NCBI GenBank assembly: GCA_964625535.1
Contig: CAZVEX010000001.1
Location: forward strand, 128,295-192,294
From: an uncultured Gammaproteobacteria bacterium
Lineage (GTDB): Bacteria; Patescibacteriota; Microgenomatia; Daviesbacterales; UBA10151
DNA length: 64,000 bases
Direction of reading: 5' to 3'
Positions 9,350 to 20,210 of the stretch are shown here, in pieces. Position numbers and translations under genes: made by a program. Under the pieces are notes generated by a model. That model did not search any database. It was not told the DNA's origin and saw only the letters and a program-made list of their open reading frames with translations. Every line of letters starts with the position of its first letter. The stretch's first letter is position 1.

Positions 9350-10873
9350 ATGAATTTTGAATTTATCAAAAAATACAAAATCGTCTTACTTTTAGGTTTG
9401 ATAATTTTCCTATCTACATTTTCCAGGTTTTACAGATTGGAGGATATCTATGTATTTAATTTTGATGAGGAGTACCAGGCCACTTACGCCTGGACTCTGG
9501 TTAAAGATCCTCATCCGATTTGGATTGGAGTCAGCGCTTCATTTTTGGATTTTTATCTGGGACCTTACTTTACCTATTTTACCGCCATTCTGCTTGCAAT
9601 TTCCAGCGGAGATCCCCTAATCGGAGCTTATTTTGCCGCATTTTTGGGTGTTGCGACAACAGTTGTGTTATTTTTCGTCGGCTGGAAGGTGTTTAATTTA
9701 ACTACCGGGGTAATTTCCTCCTTGCTCTACGCGATACTTCCGTTTTTTGTTTTCTTTGATCAAAAATATTGGAATACCATGTTTACCCCCACAGTAACAT
9801 TGCTTTTATTTTTGACAATGATTTTAGTTAAAAAATCACCGTGGTGGTGGGTATTGTTTGCCGGCCTTTTCGGATCTGTTTTACAAACTCATTTGGAACC
9901 TTCCCCCCTTCTTTTAATTGGAGTTTTTTATTTTATAAAGGGTAAATACTGGAAAAATATCAAGCTGCTTACAATATGTCTTTTGGTGTTTGCCATTTTT
10001 TACTGGCCTTTGGCAGTCTTTGATTATTATCATAACTTTAGTAACTGGACTATTTTTAGTCGTTTTCAAACTCATCTTGATGAATCAAAGATTGTTTTTG
10101 ATCCAGCCTCCAAATTCAGAACTTTATTTGATAGTTCAGGGCGATTTTGGTACTTGAAAGCAGGTAATCCCAATGCGGATGAAATAAATTTTGGCTGTAG
10201 CGCTTTATCCGTCAAACAGGAGTTTAAAATTGTTGACCAATATGCCAAAAGGACATATGCACCGCCGGTTTTATCTTTACTGACCTTTTTTTTGCTTTCA
10301 ATTTTCCTGTGGAAATCTTTCAAAGAGAAAAAGTATCAATATAAGATGCTGGCAATATTTTTGAGTGTGGCCGTTTTCTTTTTCATGATTTTCCCCGGCG
10401 GATCATCAGAGTATTATATACTGTACTTTCTTACTCTATTTACGCTTGTTCCGGGGATTCTAGTAAGTAAGACAAAAAATTCCCGTTTGATACTGATCAT
10501 TTTAATACTTTTGGCGGGAGTTGCGGGAGTAAATACGGTAGTTCAATCTTCCGATGAATTTAGCTTGGCTCCGAAAAGGGAAATAATTAGTAGGGTGATG
10601 GAAATAGTAGGCGATAAACCATTTGCTATTGAAGGAAGGGGCATATGTCATGACTACGAGGGTTGGAGGTATCTTTTTAAAGTTTACGGCAGAGTTCCCG
10701 ACATAAGTTACACGGACAAAAATTTAGGCTGGCTTTATCCGGAAGAGATAAAAGATGTGAGACTACAGTATTTAGTGATTCTTTCGGAAGACAGAATCCC
10801 TTTGAAAGAAGATCTGTCATATTTGTTATCTATAAAAGCAGGCGGATATAGAGCATATATAATAAAGAATTAG
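9350..10873 (+). CDS. polytopic GT-C family glycosyltransferase (ArnT/PMT-like)
   Basis: 507 aa with a multi-TM N-terminal region. The first periplasmic loop carries FNFDEEYQA (DE motif), and a soluble C-terminal domain follows. Confidence 0.55.
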   Translation: MNFEFIKKYKIVLLLGLIIFLSTFSRFYRLEDIYVFNFDEEYQATYAWTLVKDPHPIWIGVSASFLDFYLGPYFTYFTAILLAISSGDPLIGAYFAAFLGVATTVVLFFVGWKVFNLTTGVISSLLYAILPFFVFFDQKYWNTMFTPTVTLLLFLTMILVKKSPWWWVLFAGLFGSVLQTHLEPSPLLLIGVFYFIKGKYWKNIKLLTICLLVFAIFYWPLAVFDYYHNFSNWTIFSRFQTHLDESKIVFDPASKFRTLFDSSGRFWYLKAGNPNADEINFGCSALSVKQEFKIVDQYAKRTYAPPVLSLLTFFLLSIFLWKSFKEKKYQYKMLAIFLSVAVFFFMIFPGGSSEYYILYFLTLFTLVPGILVSKTKNSRLILIILILLAGVAGVNTVVQSSDEFSLAPKREIISRVMEIVGDKPFAIEGRGICHDYEGWRYLFKVYGRVPDISYTDKNLGWLYPEEIKDVRLQYLVILSEDRIPLKEDLSYLLSIKAGGYRAYIIKN

Positions 10874-10875
10874 CA

Positions 10876-11784
10876 ATGAAGATACTTTTCTTAAGTAGAT
10901 ATCAAAATAAAATTAATAGAGGAGCGGAAGTTTTTGTGTCGGAATTGGCTAAAAAGTTGTCTCAAAAACACGAAGTAAAGATCCTTTCAGATCAAGACAG
11001 CGAAAGTTATGATGTAGTCATTCCAATGAATGGGGGAATGCAGGCCGTTAAAGCATCTGTTGGAAGATTATTTAAAAAATACAAACTGGTGATCAGCGGA
11101 CAGGCAGGAGTGGGTAGAACCTCTATATTTAATCTTTTGGTAGCACCCGATATATTTGTGGCCCTAACAGATCACATGGCTAAATGGGTAAAGGGGTGGA
11201 CTTGGAAAAGCAAAGTGGTTAAAATCCCCAATGGGGTAGATTTAAATAAGTTCAATCCCCAGGGAGAAAAAATAACCTTTAACTTACCAAGACCTGTTAT
11301 TATTTCGGTAGGAGCCCTGGTTTGGTATAAGCACCATGAAAGAGTGATTAGGGCAGTTCGGCAGCTGGGTGAAGGATCGGTCTTAATTGTGGGAGAAGGA
11401 GAAGAAAAAGATAAATTGAAGAATTTGGGGAGGGATTTTTTGGGTAATCGTTTTAAAATAGTCAGTTTGAAATATGAGGATATGCCAAAAGTTTACAGGT
11501 CATGCGATCTTTTTACCCTGCCCTCATGGGATAGGGAAGCCTTTGGCATAGCTTACTTGGAGGCGCTAGCCTCTGGGTTGGGAGTGGTAGCACCTGATGA
11601 TTCCCAAAGAAGAGAGATTATCGGTGAGGCAGGTCTTTTCGTGGATGTCACAAATCCTCAAAAATATGCCCAAGCGATTAGTCAGGCTTTGCAGATTGAC
11701 TGGTCAAAAAAAGCCAGGGCTCAAGCTGAAAAATTTTCCTGGGATAAAATTGCCAAAGATTATGAGAAAATAATCTTAGTATGA
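10876..11784 (+). CDS. short GT4-like glycosyltransferase (GT-B fold)
   Basis: C-terminal E-x7-E-like region EAFGIAYLEALASGLGVVAP. Confidence 0.5.
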   Translation: MKILFLSRYQNKINRGAEVFVSELAKKLSQKHEVKILSDQDSESYDVVIPMNGGMQAVKASVGRLFKKYKLVISGQAGVGRTSIFNLLVAPDIFVALTDHMAKWVKGWTWKSKVVKIPNGVDLNKFNPQGEKITFNLPRPVIISVGALVWYKHHERVIRAVRQLGEGSVLIVGEGEEKDKLKNLGRDFLGNRFKIVSLKYEDMPKVYRSCDLFTLPSWDREAFGIAYLEALASGLGVVAPDDSQRREIIGEAGLFVDVTNPQKYAQAISQALQIDWSKKARAQAEKFSWDKIAKDYEKIILV

Positions 11785-12533
11785 TTTCTACCGTTGTAAT
11801 ATGTTTTAATGAAGCAGACAAATTGCAAAGATGCCTTAAAAGCACGAAAAATTTTGCAGACGAGTTAGTTGTGATAGATTTGGGTTCCTCGGATAATTCT
11901 ATAGAAGTAGCCAGTAAATTTGGCGCAAAAGTTTTTCACCACCGACTTGTCCCTTTTGTTGAGAGTATTAGAGATTATGCCGTAGCTAAAGCGAGTGGGG
12001 ATTGGATGCTTGTTTTGGATCCGGACGAAACTATTGGGAAAAACCTAAAAAAGCGGTTAACAGAAATCGCAGAACAAAATCAATTCCAGGCGGTCAATAT
12101 CCCCCGAAAAAATATTTTTTTTGGCAAATGGATAGCTCATTCCAATTGGTGGCCAGATCGTCACACTCGTTTTTTTAAAAAGGGAAAGGTTAGCTGGAAT
12201 GAAAAAATTCATAGTTACCCAAATGTAGACGGGGAGGTTTTACAGCTTCCTGCCTCTTTGAATTTTGCCATTTTGCATTTTGGTTATGACAGTATATTTG
12301 AATTCATGGATCGGCAAAACAGATATTCGGAAATCGAGGCAGAGCAAAGATACAAAACAGGAGAGAAGTCGACATTTTTGAAATTTTTATGGTGGCCAAC
12401 CAGAGAATTTCTGGTCAGATTCATTAAGCACGGCGGATTTCTGGACAGGTTTTATGGTTTGGCTCTTACCTTTCTAATGATGATTTACAAAGTAGAGGTT
12501 TTGGTTAAACTGTGGGAAAAATCAAAAAAATGA
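11781..12533 (+). CDS. family 2 glycosyltransferase
   Basis: STVVICFNEADKL and LVLDPDE (DxD) motifs. Confidence 0.6.
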   Translation: MISTVVICFNEADKLQRCLKSTKNFADELVVIDLGSSDNSIEVASKFGAKVFHHRLVPFVESIRDYAVAKASGDWMLVLDPDETIGKNLKKRLTEIAEQNQFQAVNIPRKNIFFGKWIAHSNWWPDRHTRFFKKGKVSWNEKIHSYPNVDGEVLQLPASLNFAILHFGYDSIFEFMDRQNRYSEIEAEQRYKTGEKSTFLKFLWWPTREFLVRFIKHGGFLDRFYGLALTFLMMIYKVEVLVKLWEKSKK

Positions 12534-13942
12534 TTCTTTTGATATTGGCTCTTGCCCTACTTTTAAGATTAATCAATTTAAATCAAAGCCTCTGGCTGGA
12601 TGAAGCTATTAATGTTTTGGCTGCCAAGAATTATTCTTTTTTTGGGATGATTACAGAATATGCCAAAGCCGATTTTCATCCGCCCGGATATTTTATAATC
12701 CTTTGGTTTTGGGCAAGGGTCGCCGGAATCTCTGAGATTGCCGTAAGAGGGCCGTCGGTAATGTTCGGGGTATTAACAATCTTCCTCGTTTATTTAATAG
12801 GTCAAAAAATTCACTCGAAAACTTTGGGACTTCTGGCCGCAACTTTCCTGGCCATTAACCCTTTGCATATTTATTACAGTCAGGAAGCCAGGATGTATGC
12901 CCTGGCCGTCCTGGCTGTTTCATTAAATATTTTTCTTCTTCTTAAATTCGTCAAAGGAGAGAAGATGAGCTTACTATTTTTAATTTTTAGTAACTTATTA
13001 GTACTGGCATCGGATTATGTTGCCTATTTTATCTTTCCTGCCCAGTTTGCTTTTTTGTTATTCATTAGGAACAAAGCATTGCTTAAAAGATGGTTTGTGG
13101 CCCTCGTTGTAGCGGTTCTAATCGGTATTTGGTGGTTGCCAGTATTTATCAGTCAATTGGATATTGGTTCGGTGGCCTCCAGTAAGCTGCCGGCATGGAA
13201 ACTAATTGTCGGCGCTTTTGACCCTAAAGCTGTCCCCCTAACTTTTGTTAAATTTATCATAGGGAGAATAAGTTATCCTGATAAGCTAATCTATGCACTA
13301 ATATTATTGCCTGTTAGTATATTATTTTTATTTCTTTTATGGAGAGGGGTAAAGTTTAAGACGCCGGATAAGAATTTAATTTTAAGCTGGATATTTGTCC
13401 CGATAATCATGGCATTTTTTATTTCTCTGGCAATTCCCATATACAGTTATTTTAGATTACTGTTTGTTCTTCCCGCATTTATTCTTTTGGTGTCTTTGGG
13501 GATATTGCTACTGGGCCAAAAACTTAAATATGTCTTTTTATTGAGCGTTATTTTAATTGAGCTTGGCTCTACTGCTATTTATTTATTTAACCCATCATAC
13601 CACAGAGATGATTGGAAGAGTTTGGTAAATTTTCTAAAGTCAAAAGATTCAGCGGTTGTTTTATTTGAAAGTTCAGGAACTCTCCCGCCTTTTGATTATT
13701 ACGCAAAGGGGGAAATCAATGCCAAAGGGGGACTAAAGGATTTTCCCGCAAAGGATATAAACGATGTGGCCGATTTGGAAAATATTTTGCTGGGGAAAAA
13801 AGAGGTATATCTTGCCGAATACCTTGTTGACATATCCGATCCGCAAAGATTTATAAAAAAAAGATTGGTGCAGTTAAACTATAAAGAGGCTGGAGTCACC
13901 GATTTTAATGGGGTAGGTTTTGTGTATCATTATATAAAATGA
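12512..13942 (+). CDS. polytopic GT-C glycosyltransferase (GT39/GT83 ArnT/PMT-like)
   Basis: 476 aa and multi-TM. The SLWLDEAINV motif matches the conserved DE loop of ArnT/PMT enzymes. Confidence 0.6.
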   Translation: MGKIKKMILLILALALLLRLINLNQSLWLDEAINVLAAKNYSFFGMITEYAKADFHPPGYFIILWFWARVAGISEIAVRGPSVMFGVLTIFLVYLIGQKIHSKTLGLLAATFLAINPLHIYYSQEARMYALAVLAVSLNIFLLLKFVKGEKMSLLFLIFSNLLVLASDYVAYFIFPAQFAFLLFIRNKALLKRWFVALVVAVLIGIWWLPVFISQLDIGSVASSKLPAWKLIVGAFDPKAVPLTFVKFIIGRISYPDKLIYALILLPVSILFLFLLWRGVKFKTPDKNLILSWIFVPIIMAFFISLAIPIYSYFRLLFVLPAFILLVSLGILLLGQKLKYVFLLSVILIELGSTAIYLFNPSYHRDDWKSLVNFLKSKDSAVVLFESSGTLPPFDYYAKGEINAKGGLKDFPAKDINDVADLENILLGKKEVYLAEYLVDISDPQRFIKKRLVQLNYKEAGVTDFNGVGFVYHYIK

Positions 13943-15270
13943 GTAAATTTGTCTTATTAGCGATAATTTTTGGTCATATTTTTATTTTATCCAAATTGAT
14001 CTTTTTTCCCTATCCGGAACTTTTTATTTATCCCTATTTAACCAATCATGGTCTAAAGCCCTACAGCCAAATTCTTGATCAACATTTTCCGGGTTTACTG
14101 TTTTTGCCCATAAACTTCGATAATCTAGGTATGAATGATGCCCAAACAGCCCGGCTTTGGCTCTTTGCAATAGTTGCCATCACCCATGTGCTTCTTTTTT
14201 TAATATCAAAAAAAATATTGGGAGAGAAAAAAGCGCTTCTCGTTAACTTCCTGTATCTTTTATGGCAACCCTTTTTTGAAGGGTGGGTTTTGTGGATTGA
14301 TAATTTTTTACCTCTTTTCTTACTGCCTGCTTTCTACTTTTCATTAAGAAAAAAATTTTTTCTGCCAGGAATTTTTTTGGGCTTGGCAATTGTTTTTAAG
14401 CAAACTATAATTCCGTTATCAATACTGATTTTTCTTTATATATTATGGAGCGAAAAAAACTTTAAAAAAACCGCGGAATATTTATTGGGGCTTTCATTAC
14501 CGGTAATTTTAATGATTCTGTATTTTGTTTGGATGGGAATATTTCCGGATTTTTGGTATTGGACTGTTACTTTTAATTTAACTGTTTATGCGGCGTCAGG
14601 CACTCAAATACCAACAAGCTTTGGATTTATTTCAAGAGTTTTGATGGTGTACGTTGCTTCTTTATCAGGATTTTTATGTAAGGATAAACGGCTAAAAATT
14701 ATTGTGTTTATTTTTCTGGTGGGATCTTTAATTGGCGCATTTGACAGGGCAAATTTTGTTCATTTGCAACCTTCTCTGCCATTTGCAGTAATTTTAACTA
14801 GCTTAGGTGTGTATTCATTAACAAAAAGGAAAACTGGCTTTATATTAATAGCTATCTATCTCGCTGTTACCATTTGGTGGCAAAATGTTTTTTACAAAGG
14901 ACATATCTTGGACAAAGTTTTCTTTTTTGATGAGGAGACCTACGCCATATCTAATAAGATTAGGCAGTACACGAACGAAGGAGACAAGATCTTTGTTTTT
15001 GGAGCGGCGCCGCATCTTTATCAGATGAGTAAGACACTCCCTGCAGGAGACATTTTTGTTTTTCAGTTCCCCTGGTTTTTATCTGTGGTGGAAGATAGAG
15101 TTGTCGAAGGGATCAAAAAAGATCAACCGGATATTATAATTTCCGATAGAACTGTTAAAATTGAAGATGTACCGATCGTAGATTTTGCAAAAAAGATAGA
15201 TAGTTATATCAATGAAAATTATCAGAAGATAGATAGTGTAGCTAGCGTTGATATACTAAAAAGAAAATGA
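13939..15270 (+). CDS. polytopic membrane protein, possible additional GT-C-like enzyme
   Basis: 443 aa with 10 or more hydrophobic helices and a soluble C-terminal domain. No diagnostic motif was recognised. Confidence 0.3.
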   Translation: MSKFVLLAIIFGHIFILSKLIFFPYPELFIYPYLTNHGLKPYSQILDQHFPGLLFLPINFDNLGMNDAQTARLWLFAIVAITHVLLFLISKKILGEKKALLVNFLYLLWQPFFEGWVLWIDNFLPLFLLPAFYFSLRKKFFLPGIFLGLAIVFKQTIIPLSILIFLYILWSEKNFKKTAEYLLGLSLPVILMILYFVWMGIFPDFWYWTVTFNLTVYAASGTQIPTSFGFISRVLMVYVASLSGFLCKDKRLKIIVFIFLVGSLIGAFDRANFVHLQPSLPFAVILTSLGVYSLTKRKTGFILIAIYLAVTIWWQNVFYKGHILDKVFFFDEETYAISNKIRQYTNEGDKIFVFGAAPHLYQMSKTLPAGDIFVFQFPWFLSVVEDRVVEGIKKDQPDIIISDRTVKIEDVPIVDFAKKIDSYINENYQKIDSVASVDILKRK

Positions 15271-16283
15271 ATAAAAATATACGGGTTGGAATGGATATTT
15301 CACAAATTGCCCACGGGGGCGGAGTTGCTACCTATACCTTAAATTTAGCCGGGCAACTTTCTAAATTGCCGGATTTGGAAATGATTTATTTTTATTCGTC
15401 TCTCCGAAAGCCTTATCAGGGGAGTTTAAAAAACGTTAAAAAATACCGCTTACCACCGACCCTTTTTGAGATGCTTTTTAATAGATGGAGGAATGTTTCA
15501 ATTGAAAGATTTTTGGGCCCCTTGGATGTTTTTCATTCAAGCGATTGGACTCAACCGCCATGTTCTGCCAAAAAGGTTACTACCTATCACGATGTTGTAC
15601 CACTAAAATATCCGAGCTGGTCACATCCTAAAATTGTGGCAGTTCACAAAAGACGGCTATATCTGGTGGAAAAAGAGATAGACATGGTAATTGCAGTTTC
15701 TAATTCAACAAAAAAAGATTTATTGGAAGTTTCCAATATTCCCGAAGAAAAAATAACAGTAATCTATGAGGGGTCAACAGCAGATTTTAAGCCACAATCT
15801 AAAGAAAAGATAAAACAGTTTAGAAATAAATACAACCTGCCGGACAAATTTGTATTGGCAATAGGGGGGATAGGAGAAAGAAGGAATCTAGCAAGAATCA
15901 AAGAAGCAGCTAAAGATTACAACTTGGTGATTGCCGGTCAAACAATTCCATGGCTTTCAATTAATGAATTAGAACTGCTCTACAACAGCGCTCAAGTATT
16001 ATTGTATTGCTCGTTATATGAAGGGTTTGGCATTCCCATACTTGATGGATTTGCCTGCGGGTTGCCGGTTATCACTTCAAATATTTCCTCTATGCCTGAA
16101 ATAGGTGGGGACGGGGCAGTGTATGTTGACCCAATGGACATAGAAGACATTAAAAAGAAATTAAAAATGGTTATGGAAGATAAAATAATAAGAGAAGAGT
16201 TAGTAAAAAAGGGTTTGATTCAAGTAAAAAAATTTTCTTGGGAAAAATGTGCAACAGAAACTGCTAAAATCTACAAAATGTGA
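15267..16283 (+). CDS. GT4 family glycosyltransferase
   Basis: EGFGIPILDGFACGLPVITSN (E-x7-E region). Confidence 0.7.
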   Translation: MNKNIRVGMDISQIAHGGGVATYTLNLAGQLSKLPDLEMIYFYSSLRKPYQGSLKNVKKYRLPPTLFEMLFNRWRNVSIERFLGPLDVFHSSDWTQPPCSAKKVTTYHDVVPLKYPSWSHPKIVAVHKRRLYLVEKEIDMVIAVSNSTKKDLLEVSNIPEEKITVIYEGSTADFKPQSKEKIKQFRNKYNLPDKFVLAIGGIGERRNLARIKEAAKDYNLVIAGQTIPWLSINELELLYNSAQVLLYCSLYEGFGIPILDGFACGLPVITSNISSMPEIGGDGAVYVDPMDIEDIKKKLKMVMEDKIIREELVKKGLIQVKKFSWEKCATETAKIYKM

Positions 16284-16286
16284 TTT

Positions 16287-17840
16287 ATGTTTATCAAGCA
16301 AAACAAAATATTACTACTTATTCTTCTTGTATCTGCGATTTTGAGATTATGGGATCTGCAGGGGATGCCCCCGCATCTTCGTAATGATGAAGCTGCGCTT
16401 GGATATAACGCCTATTCAATATTAAAAACTGCCCGAGATGAACACGGGGAATTTCTGCCCTTATTTTTTCAGTCATTTGGAGATTTTAAACCAGGTTTGT
16501 ATGTTTATTTGACTGTCCCCTTTATTGCAATCTTTGGCTTAAACGAGGTATCTGTCAGGCTTCCTTCTGCCATTTTTGGAGTAATTTCCGTCTGGCTTTT
16601 CTATGAGATTGTTTTATACATGTTTATCAAAAGATCAAAAGCGGCGATTAGTGCTTTGGTTTTGGCAATTTCTCCGCTATTTATTACATTTTCCAGAGGT
16701 GCCTGGGAAGTTAATGTGTCTTTTGCCTTCACGCTTGCGGCCACCCTTTTCTTTTTAAAGGCTGTTTTTAAAGAAAAATATCTTTTACTGTCAGCTCTAT
16801 TCTTTGGATTGACACTGTTTACTTCTCATACGGCTAAACTTTCCAGCCCATTACTTTTGATCATTCTTTCGATTGCATATTTTAAACAAGTTAAAAAGAT
16901 ATCTCGTCAAATAATTTATCTATCTTTAATAACTTTTATAATTTTTACCGTTCCCGTGGCTTTCAGTTTTATACAGGGGAAAGTTGCCAGACTTCAAACT
17001 TTAAGTATATTTTCATATAACTTAAATGCTCAAGATAATTTTCGCTCCATTGCCACCAGGTGGTTTAGTTTGTATTCACCAAGCACTCTTTTTTTCAAGG
17101 GAGATACCAATCCGCAGCATAATCCTCCCCAGATGGGCCCACTGCTTTTTTTAGATAGTATATTTTTGATATTTGGTATGGTTATACTTATTCGCAGGGG
17201 AACACGTCAACAAAACTTATTTGTCTGGTTGAGTTTGATTCTTTTATCTTTACCCTCCAGTTTAACTATAGAAAAGATAAATTTTGAAAGAGTGCTACCC
17301 ATGTTTATCCCGCTGGCGATTCTTACATCCATAGGCATCAACAGTTTATGGAATCCCAAAAAAATTATCACTGTTTTTATTGTATTTTTGTATGCTTTTA
17401 ATTACCTTTATTTTTTGGATCAGTACTTTGTACACGCCAAAAAAAAGAATGACGCCTGGCAAATGGGGTATAAGCAAATTATGGAAAAGGTAACTTCAAT
17501 GCAGGGCAATTACCAGAAAATCATTGTTCAGCAAAGTTTGGAACAGCCTTATATCTTCTTTCTCTTTTACAAAAAATACGATCCAAGTAAATATCAAGAA
17601 ATCGTGAGTGAAGTATTCGTGCCGAATGAGACTGGAAAAGATATGGGGCTTGTATCAAGAATTGATAATATCGAATTTAAAGATATTGACTGGTCGGTTA
17701 ACAAACCTGACGGAAGTAATTTGTATATTATGCCTACATATAAGCTGGGTCAACAACAGAAGTTTTATCAGGACTACAAACAGGTTGAAGAAATCAAGGA
17801 TTTAAATGGTTTTTCTTTATTTAAAATGGTGGAGATATGA
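16287..17840 (+). CDS. polytopic GT-C glycosyltransferase (PMT/ArnT-like)
   Basis: 517 aa. An HLRNDEAALGYNAY motif sits in the first loop, with a multi-TM region and a C-terminal soluble domain. Confidence 0.6.
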   Translation: MFIKQNKILLLILLVSAILRLWDLQGMPPHLRNDEAALGYNAYSILKTARDEHGEFLPLFFQSFGDFKPGLYVYLTVPFIAIFGLNEVSVRLPSAIFGVISVWLFYEIVLYMFIKRSKAAISALVLAISPLFITFSRGAWEVNVSFAFTLAATLFFLKAVFKEKYLLLSALFFGLTLFTSHTAKLSSPLLLIILSIAYFKQVKKISRQIIYLSLITFIIFTVPVAFSFIQGKVARLQTLSIFSYNLNAQDNFRSIATRWFSLYSPSTLFFKGDTNPQHNPPQMGPLLFLDSIFLIFGMVILIRRGTRQQNLFVWLSLILLSLPSSLTIEKINFERVLPMFIPLAILTSIGINSLWNPKKIITVFIVFLYAFNYLYFLDQYFVHAKKKNDAWQMGYKQIMEKVTSMQGNYQKIIVQQSLEQPYIFFLFYKKYDPSKYQEIVSEVFVPNETGKDMGLVSRIDNIEFKDIDWSVNKPDGSNLYIMPTYKLGQQQKFYQDYKQVEEIKDLNGFSLFKMVEI

Positions 17841-18532
17841 ATACCCTGCTGTGGCTGGGATCGCTAACTTTAATATATCTTTTGGCCCGCTGTCTCCCTT
17901 TTGGCAAAAAACCATATTTTGCCGCTACTTGTTCGGTCTTTCTGGCTATTTCCCCCTGGTTTCATTTTGTTTCCAAAGACGGGCAAGCCAGTTTAATGCT
18001 GTTTCTTTCAATTGCCGGAGTTTATTTAATAAATAAATTTCTCAAAAGATATTTGTTAATTGGCGCTTTCTTGTTTTTGATACTTTTAAATTTTTTTTCA
18101 ATTTCATTTCAAGATGTTACCCAAGTTCCCCTCTGGCTGACGGATGAACAAAGAAGAGAGCACGACAGCTTTTATAATCACCCTTTGGTAATTTTGGCAC
18201 ATAACAAAGTTATCAACTACACCCTATCATTTTTAGATCACTACAGTCAGCATTTTCAGGGAGATTTTTTATTTATTTCCGGGGATGTCAGAGACAGTTT
18301 TGCCTTAATGTATTTATTTGACTTTATTTTTATTATCACGGCCGCTGTTTTTATTATTAAGGTTCCCAAAGGGTGGGGGATAATTTTTATTTGGCTTGCT
18401 TTAGCTCCCCTACCATCTGCTTTAGATTTTCACCCCCCCAATGCGCTCAAAAGTTTTAATATGTTGGTACCACTTATTATATTAAGCAGTTTTGGCGCCA
18501 GCTATATTTTCCAAAAAATAATTCGGGTATAA
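17837..18532 (+). CDS. hypothetical polytopic membrane protein
   Basis: 231 aa with about 6 TM helices and a 4-nt overlap with the upstream GT-C gene. Confidence 0.35.
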   Translation: MNTLLWLGSLTLIYLLARCLPFGKKPYFAATCSVFLAISPWFHFVSKDGQASLMLFLSIAGVYLINKFLKRYLLIGAFLFLILLNFFSISFQDVTQVPLWLTDEQRREHDSFYNHPLVILAHNKVINYTLSFLDHYSQHFQGDFLFISGDVRDSFALMYLFDFIFIITAAVFIIKVPKGWGIIFIWLALAPLPSALDFHPPNALKSFNMLVPLIILSSFGASYIFQKIIRV

Positions 18533-18539
18533 TGATTCT

Positions 18540-19604
18540 ATGAAAATTGCCATTGACGGATATGAGGCTAATGTTTTACAAAGATTGGGATCTTCACAGG
18601 TTGCTTTTGAGCTGTTGAAACAATTTGAGGACCTGGATCATGACAATGAATTTACAATTTTTTTGCCCGAGAAGCCGCTCGGTGATTTACCCAAAGAAAG
18701 AGCAGGTTGGAAATATAAAATACTTCGGCCCAAAAGGCTTTGGACCAGAATCGCTTTACCGCTTACCCTCTACTTTTCAACTCTTGATTTAATTTTTTCT
18801 CCGACTCATTATATCCCGCGATTTTCTCCGGTTAAAAGGGTGGCCACTATTTTTGATCTGTCTTTTCTGCATTTTCCGGAAATGTTTACCCCAAGAGATT
18901 TATGGCAGCTCAAAAACTGGACCAAATTTTCAGCCGAAAATGCAGACCATATCATTACCATCTCCAATTTTTCCAAGCAGGATATCATCTCCCAATATAA
19001 AATTGACAAGAACAAAATTACGGTAGCATACCCCGGATATGATAGTGAAAAGTTTAAAGTGAAAAGTGTAAAGTTTGAGAAAGACTACATTATTTATATA
19101 GGGACCATACAGCCGAGGAAAAATTTGATTAGACTGATGGAGGCGGTGGCCAGAATAGATGGACTTAAGTTAATTATAGTGGGTAAAGTTGGATGGGAAT
19201 ATGAAGAAATCTTGGCTACTCCCAGAAAATTAGGAATTGCGGATAGAGTGGAATTTAAGGGGTATGTGGCAACAGATAAACTATCTAATTTGTTAAACGG
19301 CGCTACAGCTTTTGTGCTGCCTTCGTTATATGAAGGATTTGGTATACCGGTTGTAGAAGCCATGGCTTGTGGTTCTCCGGTGATTGTTTCCAATGCGTCA
19401 TCACTGCCGGAGGTGGTAGGAGATGCCGGTTTGTTAGTTGATCCTTATTCGGTCGATCAAATCGAGCAGGCAATTAGAACTCTGATGGCTGATCAAAAAT
19501 TAAGGCAAAAATATTCTAAAGCTGGTCTCACCCAATCCCAAAAATTCTCCTGGCCCAAAATGGCTAAACAAGTTTTAAAGGTATTTACCGGATCGCAAAC
19601 CTAA
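18540..19604 (+). CDS. GT4 family glycosyltransferase
   Basis: [21 protein letters not shown]. Confidence 0.7.
   Translation: MKIAIDGYEANVLQRLGSSQVAFELLKQFEDLDHDNEFTIFLPEKPLGDLPKERAGWKYKILRPKRLWTRIALPLTLYFSTLDLIFSPTHYIPRFSPVKRVATIFDLSFLHFPEMFTPRDLWQLKNWTKFSAENADHIITISNFSKQDIISQYKIDKNKITVAYPGYDSEKFKVKSVKFEKDYIIYIGTIQPRKNLIRLMEAVARIDGLKLIIVGKVGWEYEEILATPRKLGIADRVEFKGYVATDKLSNLLNGATAFVLPSLYEGFGIPVVEAMACGSPVIVSNASSLPEVVGDAGLLVDPYSVDQIEQAIRTLMADQKLRQKYSKAGLTQSQKFSWPKMAKQVLKVFTGSQT
19045..19079 (+). repeat. degenerate tandem heptanucleotide array (GTGAAAA / GTTTAAA / GTGAAAA / GTGTAAA / GTTTGAG) in-frame in the GT4 gene
   Basis: Direct reading; encodes [13 protein letters not shown]. Offset by one register, the units read AAAGTTT AAAGTGA AAAGTGT AAAGTTT, related to the AAAGTTC units at 5294. 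Confidence 0.55.
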
Positions 19605-20110
19605 TCAGATCCCGGATCGGAATGAAATAAAGCTGCCAATACTCTCCTTGCAGTTGTTACTGAATTCTCAGGATTAAGAGAGTACTCATATCGAGGATCT
19701 GAAAGATCTGAAAATAACATAGAACGGTTTACTGATGGAGGCTCAACTGAAATATCGCCGGCTAAGTCAGTCGCAAGTTTTATTTTTCCACCAATTATAA
19801 CGCTCAAGCATCCCCTTTCAAAGATGAAACATTCTCTTACTCTAGATGACAAACCTCTATCTAAGTAAAACATTTGCTCTAAATTAGTTCCGGATTCGCC
19901 TACAATCACCCAAACATCCTGCCTGTCGCGATCTCTAACAGGATAATCTAATGTACCTCCAGAAGTAGCAAAAGACTCGGTACAAACCAATAAGCTAGTT
20001 TTTCCATCCTGACTAATTTTATCCACAAATTCATGAGCTTTTCCAGTTCGCTTTAATCTTTGCCTTAAAGATTCTCTAGCCTCTTCGTATGTTTGCAGTT
20101 CAGCACTCAT
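19601..20110 (-). CDS. hypothetical protein, function unknown
   Basis: 169-aa ORF on the opposite strand to all flanking genes, with no TM segment and apparently slightly higher GC than its neighbours. No motif was recognised. Confidence 0.4.
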   Translation of the reverse strand: MSAELQTYEEARESLRQRLKRTGKAHEFVDKISQDGKTSLLVCTESFATSGGTLDYPVRDRDRQDVWVIVGESGTNLEQMFYLDRGLSSRVRECFIFERGCLSVIIGGKIKLATDLAGDISVEPPSVNRSMLFSDLSDPRYEYSLNPENSVTTARRVLAALFHSDPGSD

Positions 20111-20172
20111 TTATCTTGAACAGGTAAACTTATTTTATTAATTTTATTGGAAAAATCAAGTTTTTGTGTTGT

Positions 20173-20201
20173 TTGCTTCTGGTTAAGTTTCCCCATATAA
20201 T
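20173..20201 (+). promoter_or_regulatory. sigma70-like promoter candidate (TTGCTT-17 nt-TATAAT) upstream of the acetyltransferase gene
   Basis: Hexamers read directly, in the only sizeable intergenic gap of the glycan cluster. Confidence 0.35.
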
Positions 20202-20210
20202 TAAATACAT

